From the human T2T-CHM13v2.0 reference genome, Homo sapiens, in assembly GCF_009914755.1 (NCBI RefSeq), contig NC_060940.1: a stretch of 64,000 nt of DNA. The stretch is one strand, 5' to 3'. Positions within the stretch are counted from its first letter, which is position 1, and the number at the start of each line of letters is the position of its first letter. Shown here one piece after another: positions 52,281-64,000 of this stretch. Below the pieces are notes generated by a model, which made no database searches, was not told the DNA's origin, and saw only the letters and a program-made list of their open reading frames with translations. The translations under genes were made by a program, and so were the position numbers.

Positions 52281-53001
52281 TAGTAGAGACGGGGTTTCTC
52301 CATGTTGGTCATTGCCTTTTTTTTTTTTTTTTTCTTTGAGACAGAGTCTCACTTTGTTGCCCAGGTTTGAGTGCAGTGGTGCGATCTCAGCTCACTGAAA
52401 CCTCCGCCTCCCAGGTTCAAGCGATTCTCGTGCCTCAGTCCCCCAAGTAGCTGGGACTACAGGCATGCGCCACCACGCCCAGCTAATTTTTGTATTTTTA
52501 GTAGAGACGGGGTTTCGCCATGTTGGCCAGGCTGGTCTCGAACTCCTGGCCTCAAGCTATCCGCCCACCTTGGCCTCCCAAAGTGTTAGGATTACAGGTG
52601 CCACTATGCCTGGCCTTCTTTCTTTCCTATCTAAAAGGATTTCTTATGGAAAAAAATTCAAGGATAACTTCTTATGACATACATGTATTATTTCTGTAAT
52701 TAAAAAAACATTTTAAGAATATATGCTCACAGGCTGGCAGCGGTGGCTCACGCCTGTAATCCCAGCACTTTGGGAGGCTGAGGCAGGCGGATCACAAGGT
52801 CAGGAGATCGAGACAATCCTGGTTAACACGGTGAAACCCCGTCTCTACAAAAAATACAAAAAATTAGCTGGGCGTGGTGGCGGGCACCTGTAGTCCCAGC
52901 TACTCGGGAGGCTGAGGCAGGAGAATGGCGTGAATCCAGAGCTTGCAGTGAGCCAAGATTGTGCCACTGTACTCCAGCCTGGGCAACAGAGCAAGACTCC
53001 A

Positions 53002-53035
<34 letters not shown>

Positions 53036-53170
53036 ATATATGTTCACACAAAAACTTGTACACAAATGTTCATAGAAACCCTATGTACAAGACCCAAAAA
53101 GTGAAAACAACCCATATGTCCAACAACTTATGACTGGATAAACAAAACATTTATATCCATACAACTGATT

Positions 53171-53176
53171 TTTATT
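53171..53176 (-). terminator. ADAT1: Likely ADAT1 distal poly(A) signal AATAAA inside an L1M fragment
   Basis: First minus-strand AATAAA I could find downstream of the stop; implies a 3'UTR of about 3.3 kb. Confidence 0.6.
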
Positions 53177-53387
53177 CCATAAATAGTAATAAAGTACTGA
53201 TTCATGCTACAACATAAATCTTGAAAACATGTTAAGTGAAAGAAGCCAGTCACAAAAGACCACATATTCTATGATTCCATTTATATGAAATGTTCAGAAT
53301 AGACAAATCCAAACAGACAGAAAGTAGATTACTGATTGCCCTGGGGTAGGGGGCGTTGAGGAACGGGAAGTGACTGCTAATGGGTTC

Positions 53388-54737
<1,350 letters not shown>

Positions 54738-54801
54738 GGCACAAAATTTGTGATGAAAATGTTCTAAAATTGATGGTTGCACAACTCTGTGGATATACTA
54801 A

Positions 54802-55116
<315 letters not shown>

Positions 55117-56503
55117 TAAAATGTATACTTTAGTTGGGTGAATTTTATGGTCTGTGAATTATATCTCAATACAACTGTTATTTAAAAATATTTATAGCCA
55201 CAAAATGCTGAAGAACCAATAAGGACCTTGAGTAACCCCAACATGGGAGCTTCCATTTTCAGTCAATCATTCAAGGTCTGAAGTTGAGTGTTAAACATTC
55301 GATGTTAAAACAGGATTGGCTGCTGGGTCTATTGCTGATTTGCTGCAGGGCCTTTTGGCTTCTTTTTTTTTTTTTTTTTTTTTTTTTGAGATAGGGTCTT
55401 GCTCTATCACCCAGGCTGGAGTGCAGCGGTACGATCTTTGCTCACCACTACCTCCGCCTCCTGGGTTCAAGCAATTCTCCTGCCTCAGCCTCCCGAGTAG
55501 CTAGGATTACAGGTGTGCGCCACCATGCCCGGCTAGTTTTTGCATTTTTAGTAGAGACAGGGTTTCACCAGGTTGGCCAGGCTGGTCTTGAACTCCTGAC
55601 CTCAAGTGATCTGCCTGCCTGGGCTTCCCAAAGTGCTGGGATTACAGGCCTGAGCCACCAAGCCTGGCCACCTTTTGGCTTTTTGGACAGAACTCTTTCA
55701 ATTGTAAGTCAGAAAACCAACACAAACAGGCTTAATCAAAATAACAACAGGAATCTGTCTCACATAATTGAGACATCTAAACAGTGTTACTAGATCTTTG
55801 ATTCTCTTGGCTGTTTCCTTTGTTGCCTTCATTCTTTGCTGGCTTTCTCTAGGTAGTAGGAAAAGATGGCCACCGGCAGTCCCATGATTATGTGACCCTT
55901 ACAGCTCCAGATCAAAACAGAAAGCCTTTCCTGATACCTCTGAGAACAAGTCCAGGGCAGTCCAGGGCTGGCTCACAGGCTATTCCTAGAGCCAGGGAGT
56001 AAGGTTAGCTTCAGCCAAGTCTGAGGCACAGAGCAGGATCACTGAAGAATGGGAAAAGAATGGCTCCCTGAAGAAAGAAAGGCTGGGAATACAAAATATA
56101 TATTCGCTATGCTAGGCAAAGCTGTAAAACTTGCAGAGCGTCAAACATCATTTCAGCTCAATAAATATTTGCTGAATCAATGTAGGAACCCATAAAACAG
56201 AGCTGCTGCAGAGTACTTTCAAAGCATCATGTTCCAAACTCTGATTTCATATTTTAGAGAAGCAATAAAACACAATGGAAGTCAGATAGTGAGGTCATTA
56301 GTGAGATGCCATTTTAGCAGAGAGCTACTTCAATCAAGTATAGCTTGCTCTAAGTTCCAGATTCCATCTGTATTACACAACAGAGATGCAAAGCTCAGAA
56401 AGAGTGTTCCCTGATTTAACTACCAAAAAAGCTAAGACTTGTCCTGCGTGGAGGAAGGCAGTTCAGGATGAAGGGTCCTGCTACCAGAGCAAACATTTCC
56501 TTC

Positions 56504-56636
56504 TCACTTGAACTGGTGATAATCCGGTGGGTTTCTGATCCAGGATCCAAACACCTGCTTCCGGAGTGTGCTCCAGGCTTCCTGGTAAGAGGACGCAGCC
56601 TCCTTGTACTCCTGGTAGGTATCCAGCTTCTGCACC
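56504..56636 (-). CDS. ADAT1: ADAT1 last exon coding part (133 nt)
   Basis: Acceptor gcattag|; VQKLDTYQEYKEAASSYQEAWSTLRKQVFGSWIRNPPDYHQFK*, an ADAR/ADAT1-type C-terminus (TYxExK...YQ...W). Confidence 0.94.
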
Positions 56637-56767
56637 CTAATGCACACAGGCCACCAAATACACAGGTTCTCATTGAATAGCCCACCCCAGGGGCCACCAG
56701 ACACCTGAGCAAGCAACTGGACAGACTTGTAATGAGACTTAGGTAGAGAAGGAGTTCAGTATGCTTT

Positions 56768-57191
56768 TGTGAAAGTTGATCATACAAACTACGTTATTCT
56801 TGTCATACTCAACTGAAACAGAGTTGAGAAGCCAGGGGTAAAAAACACTCAGGGCGCATAACATTGCTCCAAGAATGCATTCTCTGCAAGCCTGGCTGCT
56901 AAAACTGCCTGCCAGTTTTATCTAACAGCTACTGAACCAACCTGCTGCAGACTTTAAGAATAGTTTTACCCAGTGCCATCACTTGGCAGCTCCTCACAAC
57001 TTTACTCATGTCAATGAACCTTCTTCAACAATATGTTACATTTCTTTTTTGAAAAATAAAACCTCTAACCTTCCCTTTGTTCTTCAGACATATTGAAGAC
57101 CACCCAGTCTGTATGTCTTGAATTTCTTGTATCCCAAATAAAATATTAAATTTAGAGATTTATCTTTACATTTTTATTTTGACTTTTGACA
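56768..57191 (+). mobile_element. ERV1 solo LTR (LTR49/LTR48-like) in the ADAT1 last intron
   Basis: TG...CA termini, perfect 4-bp TSD CTTT, plus-strand AATAAA near 57137. Confidence 0.75.
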
Positions 57192-57285
57192 CTTTCCTAG
57201 AGCAACTCTGTCTCCTTTGTAGGGAATTCACGAGAAAGCAACATGAATTAAAACAGTTAAGAATGAACAGAATTCTAGGTTTCTA

Positions 57286-57543
<258 letters not shown>

Positions 57544-57861
57544 TCACTTGAACCCAGGAAGCGGAGGTTCCTGTAAGCTACGATTGTGCCACTGTACTAC
57601 ACAGACTGGGCGACAGAGCAAGACACTGTCTCAAAAAAAAAAAAATACAGTAACTACTAGTTATCAAAACCCTACTACAAACCAGGCTCTTGGTCACATG
57701 CAACACTTCCCTTAATTGTCTCAGCTACCCTGTCTCAAAAACAAACAAACAAACAAACATACATACATGCCAGGCGGTGGCTCACGCCTGTAATCCTGGC
57801 ACTTTGGGAGGCTGAGGCAGGTGGATCGCCCGAGGTCAGTAGTTCAAGACCAGCCTGGTCA

Positions 57862-58047
<186 letters not shown>

Positions 58048-58201
58048 TTAGAAGTATCTCCTCACCTAAATTCAGATTTGACATATAGAATATATGGAAA
58101 CCCAAGAAAGAAGCCAACTGACCACAGATCCATCACTTCAGTATGCATGATGGCGATGCCTCTTCATATAGAAGTTTCTAGCTACTCCTTAGTTTCCCCA
58201 C

Positions 58202-58935
58202 TGTCATATAATGAAGGATTCACTTGGTCTTTGTCACCAGTTCCTGGGAGCCTCTAAGCTTTGGAGTTTCTGCAAGTGTCTTTGTCCTGCATGGTAGATC
58301 TCGCTGATCACACGTGAGTTTCTGTTTAACCAGGTGACTCATGGTGGGCCCCCGAGATAGTTTCAGGATGATACCGGCCATGCCAGAAAGACCAACCATG
58401 TAGAGAATTAGGGCTCTGAGACACGTGATATCAGTTTGAACTCTTGGGAGAGGAGGAGGTTGGAGATTAAGTTCAATCACATCATGTGGCCAATAATTCA
58501 ATCAGTCATAATAGTTAATGAAACTCCAACAAAAACTTTGGACACTGATGTCTGAGTGAGATTCCTAGTTGGTGATGTGCAGCAATGTGCTGGGAAGGTG
58601 ATATGTCCTGAGGACATGGAAGCTCTGCCTTTGCGACCCTCCCATATCTTACCCTATATCTCTCTCCTTTTGGCTAGTACTGATCTGTAGCCTTCATAAT
58701 AAAACTTTAATGGCAACTATAGTGCTTTTCTGAGTTCTGAGAGATGTTCTAGTGAATGACTGAACGTGAAGGGGAGTGGAGACACTCAAATTTGTAGCCA
58801 GTTGGTCAGAAGTATGGGTGGTTTGGGGCTTTCCTTAACTTGTGGTAGTTGTTTGAAATGAAGACAGTTTAGTGGGAACTGTGTCCTTCACCTGTGAAAC
58901 TTCACCTAAATCTAGGTGGTCACTGTCAGAATGTC
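58202..58935 (+). mobile_element. MER21C-like ERVL LTR
   Basis: ttggtctttgtcaccagttcctgggag ... ccagaaagaccaaccatg ... aaatttgtagccagttggtcagaag. Confidence 0.75.
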
Positions 58936-59375
58936 ACTGCACCCATCTACCTGTTCCCAAGAGTGGTTTTAAAGTTCTTTGAATTTTTGTTTGAAGAGCA
59001 ATTTAAGTCATGGAGCTGCAAGTTCAAAAGGAAAAGAGGAGTAACACTTGTAACAGAATATATTGCTCTTAGAGCACTCCCATTTCCACAGTGATCTCCA
59101 TCTAGAGGTGGAATCAAAGGAGGGCCTGGAATGGCCAAGCCCCAGTTCTATCCTTAGTTTTTTATAACTCTATACCACCAAACTACCCATCCTCTGCATC
59201 TCAGATCATGCACGTATCTGCAAATAGGGCTATGGGGAAAGAAGAACTTGTGGTCAACAATAAGTGCCACTGGCTTGCTGAACCACCACTCCTGCCAAAG
59301 CTTCTTGCTACTCAGAAGCCAGAATCAAAACAGTTGTCTACCTAAATATGAGAAAACATAGGTCAACAGCATCAC

Positions 59376-59462
59376 CTGAGGGAGTGTGGCCACTTGTCCC
59401 TTGCAATTCTGCTTAGCAGCTTCTGGAATGATCTGAAGAGTTCCACTTTGCTGATTTGGGAT
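59376..59462 (-). CDS. ADAT1: ADAT1 (tRNA-Ala A37 adenosine deaminase) penultimate coding exon (87 nt)
   Basis: Acceptor ttccaaacag|; (R)SQISKVELFRSFQKLLSRIARDKWPHSL(R); donor AG|GTGATG; phase 2-2. Confidence 0.93.
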
Positions 59463-60722
59463 CTGTTTGGAAAAAGAAGGCAAAGATGATTTATTAAGTG
59501 TTTAGTATGTTCTAAGCCCCTATCAAAGATGCCAGGCTTCATGTGGTTTTTAGGTTTGAAGGTGCCAGAGCCCCTCATTTTCACCTGTACTTGGTGAGGA
59601 GAAAATCCAGACCTGGATGTCTGATTAGGTTGAGGTATAAAAACGAGTCTAACCTTAAGAAATGCCATCAGCCATGGGATCATTAAAGTAACAAGCCCAA
59701 ACGGGTACCCTGAGGTGCAATTACGAAATTTTGCCCCAGGATATCTGTAAGACACTTCTGGCTAAATCCTTTCAAGGGTGCTGGCCCCTATGGGTTTACA
59801 AGAAATGGAAAGCTTTGTTTCAGAGATCTGAGTGCTGTTCCCTGTGTGAACTGTCATTATAAAATCCACTTGGACGAGCCACCTGAGGCAGAATCCCTGG
59901 ACTCCTGCCATGGGCATCACAGGCCTTTGGAGAACAAGCGTTTGCTCCTAAACAACAAAATTCTGGGTGGAGGTCATGGTTTGGAATACTTAAGGAGGTG
60001 AGTGTTGACTCTTTATAAGCCCACCCAGACCTTCGTGGTTGCCTTCTTTTCCCTCATGTATACAATTCATGAGCTGCATCTAGAAATTGGGAAATGCTGT
60101 GTATACCAACAATGTGCAGTCTCACTTTTACACACCACACTCTGCATCATCCTAGCAGATCACACCCTCAGCTTGGACACAGTGACCATCACTGCTACAT
60201 GTAAAATAGGGAATTATGGAGTCTGTCCAAAATCTCCCTTACCTGGCTGGAACCTAGCCTACTTCAGGAATTGCTGCTTAAAGGGGAACCCTGAGCACTC
60301 AGACACTGCTCTCCCAGGGCCTTAGCTGGAGTGGCTGCTGGCACTCAGGAAGATGAGGCCACTTTAGCATGAAAACAAAGCAAAAATTAATGGAACTCTC
60401 ATGAACAAATTAAAGAAGAACAATGTAATTAGGGATGGCCAAACACAGTGGCTCATGCCTGTAATCCCAGCACTTTGGGAGGCTGAGGTGAATGAGCAGA
60501 TCACCTGAGGTCAGGAGTTCGAGACCAGCCTGGCTAACATGGTGAAACCCCATCTCTACTAAAAATACAAAAACTAGCTGGGAGTGGTGGCGCATGCCTG
60601 TAATCCCAGCTACTCAGGAGGCTGAAGCACGAGAATCACTTGAACCCAGGAGGCAGAGGTTGCAGTGAGCCAAGACTGTCCCAGTGCCCTCCAGCCTGGG
60701 TGACAGAGTGAGATTCTGTCTC

Positions 60723-60817
<95 letters not shown>

Positions 60818-60826
60818 CATATATAT
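60723..60826. repeat. Compound microsatellite A27-(TA)9-(CA)22-(TA)n at an Alu tail
   Basis: Read directly. Confidence 0.97.
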
Positions 60827-61173
60827 AATTATGGGGAAAATATACGCAAAGAAAGCATTTGGTAGAATTCAACATCCTTTGATTAAAAACCTTTTGGCAA
60901 ACTAGGACTCGGGAAGAGTACTTAAATTTATAAAGCGCAACTATAAAAAACCTATAGCAAATATATGTCCTTAAAATCAGGAATAGGACAAGGGGGACTT
61001 GCTATCACCGCTTTTATTCAACATTATACAGAAGGTTCTGGCCAGCAGGACAGAAAAGAAAGAAAAGTGAAAAACAAAAACCAAGTCATCATCTGCAGAT
61101 GATTTTGATATTGTCAGTTCTAGTCAACACAGTAAGAGAAATAAAAGGAACAGAAGGCTGGAAAGAAACACTA

Positions 61174-61904
<731 letters not shown>

Positions 61905-62026
61905 TATTTGTATATGATGATCTACATTTAAAAAATCCCGAAAAAGGCTGGGTGCGGTGGCTTATATCTGTAATCCCAGCACTTTGGGAGGCTGAGGCGG
62001 GTGGATCACCTGAGGTCAGGAGTTCA

Positions 62027-62280
<254 letters not shown>

Positions 62281-62580
62281 CTAATTAGAATTATCATTCT
62301 TTTGGGTTTTTGTTGTTGTTGCTGTTGTTTGTTTTTTAGAGATTGGGGGGGGGTCTCATTTTGTTGCCCAGGCTGGTCTCGAACTCCTGGCTTCAAGCAA
62401 TCCTCCACCTCAGCCTCCCGAAGTGCTGGGATTATAGGAGTACAATTATTATTCTAGTGATAATGGTAAGGTTAGTGTTTTTATCTAGCAACCAACAGTA
62501 ATTGCCACAAAGAGGAACAAAAGCTTAATTGCAACAGTAATAACCAGAAAACGGGATAAAAAGCTATCTAAAATAGCATC

Positions 62581-63120
62581 TGTGATAGCCAAACTCCAGA
62601 ATGGTCCCCAGTGATTCTTGCCTCCTGGTATTCATGCCCCTTAGCAATCCCCTCCCATACGTAATAGGGCTGATCTGAATAACCATTAAGATATTACAGA
62701 TAGGCTCTGGCTTCTGAGGCTAGGTCATAAAAGACACTGTGGCTTCTGCTTTGCTCTCTTGGATTGCCTGTTCTGTGGGGAGCCAGCCACTGAGTCGTGA
62801 AGCTGAATACTCTGGTAGCCTTGTGGAGAGGTCCTTGTTATAAGGAACTGAAGCCTCCTGCCAACAGCTGACACTGATCTGTCAGCCATGCAAGGTAACC
62901 ATTTTGGAACAGGATCCTTGAGCCCCCGTCAAGTCTTCAGATGACTGCAGCCCTGGCTGCCATAATGGACTGCAATTTCATAAATTGCTGAGCTAAGCTA
63001 ATTACTTAGCTAAGCTCCTCAATTCCAGACCCACATAACTATGTGAAATAATAAATGTATATTGTTGTTTTAAGCTGTTATTTTGGGGGTAATCTGTTAC
63101 ATAGAAACAGATAACTAACA
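62581..63120 (+). mobile_element. MLT1F-like MaLR LTR
   Basis: gcctcctggtattcatgcc ... ggaactgaagcctcctgccaacagc ... ttgttgttttaagc...gataactaaca. Confidence 0.75.
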
Positions 63121-63586
63121 TACATTTAAGGAATAAATCTAATACAAGATGTGAAAGATTTATATAAAGCTATAAAACTTGCTGAAATATATGTAAGAAG
63201 ACCTCAATAAGTGAACACTCAAAAACTACCAGTTATAGGCAGCACATGGTGGCTCACGCCTGTAATTCCAGTACTTTGGGAGGCTGAGGTGGGCAGATCA
63301 CAAGGTCAGGAATTCAAGACCAGCCTGGCCAACATAGTGAAACCCCGTCTCTACTAAAAATGCAAAAAAAAATTAGCTGGGCGTGGTGGCGGGCATCTGT
63401 AGTCCCAGCTACTTGCGAGGCTGTAGAGAGATAAATGGCTAATAAGTACATAAAAAGATGCTCAACACCGTTTGTCATTAGGGAAATGTAAATGCAAATA
63501 AAAACTGTAATGAGGCCGGGTGAGATGGCTCTCACCTGTAATCCCAGCATTTTGGGAGGTTGAGGCGGGTGGATCACTTGAGGTCA

Positions 63587-63829
<243 letters not shown>

Positions 63830-64000
63830 TCATACCCACTAGAATGACTACAATAAAAAAGACAATAACAAGTGTTGTAAAGGATTCAGGATAATTGGAA
63901 CTCTAATACATTGTTGGTAGAACGTAAAATGGTACAGCTGCTATGGAAAACAGTTTAGCAGTTCCTCAAAAAAGTTAAACATAACAATTACCATATGACC

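Noticed and set aside
59095-59110. CTCF-like motif CCTCTAGATGGAG (minus strand); a similar one near 45155
   Set aside because: Mismatches at core positions; cannot be supported without ChIP data.
59463-59755. N-terminal part of ORF 59372..59755
   Set aside because: Intronic run-in upstream of the true ADAT1 acceptor at 59463.

Overview
Human-like genomic DNA. The gene order TMEM231(-) / GABARAPL2(+) / ADAT1(-) matches human 16q23.1. The window holds TMEM231 coding exons 1-4 (minus strand, gene continues off the left edge), the complete 4-exon GABARAPL2 gene (117 aa, plus strand, divergent from TMEM231 across about 10 kb), and the last two coding exons plus a long 3'UTR of ADAT1 (minus strand). 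The rest is dense in repeats: about 65-70 Alu/FLAM/FRAM copies by eye, solo ERV1/ERVL/MaLR LTRs, L1/L2/MIR fragments and DNA transposons. Nearly all ORF-track entries are Alu-derived or GC-rich artefacts. I found no new gene or wholly new system. The best leads are: (1) a splicing-controlled reading-frame switch in TMEM231 exon 1, whose upstream ATG sits in the RFX X-box region; (2) a MER41 LTR with a STAT GAS motif between the two divergent promoters; (3) a head-to-head Alu pair in GABARAPL2 intron 3 with swapped target-site duplications, implying an Alu-mediated inversion; (4) three local duplications; (5) a largely TE-built ADAT1 3'UTR ending at an L1-derived poly(A) signal; (6) a (UG)22-U27-antisense-Alu cassette that looks like a TDP-43/hnRNP C-repressed cryptic exon. 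Repeat subfamily names come from recalled consensus sequences and need RepeatMasker/Dfam confirmation. Repeat boundaries without a stated TSD are approximate.
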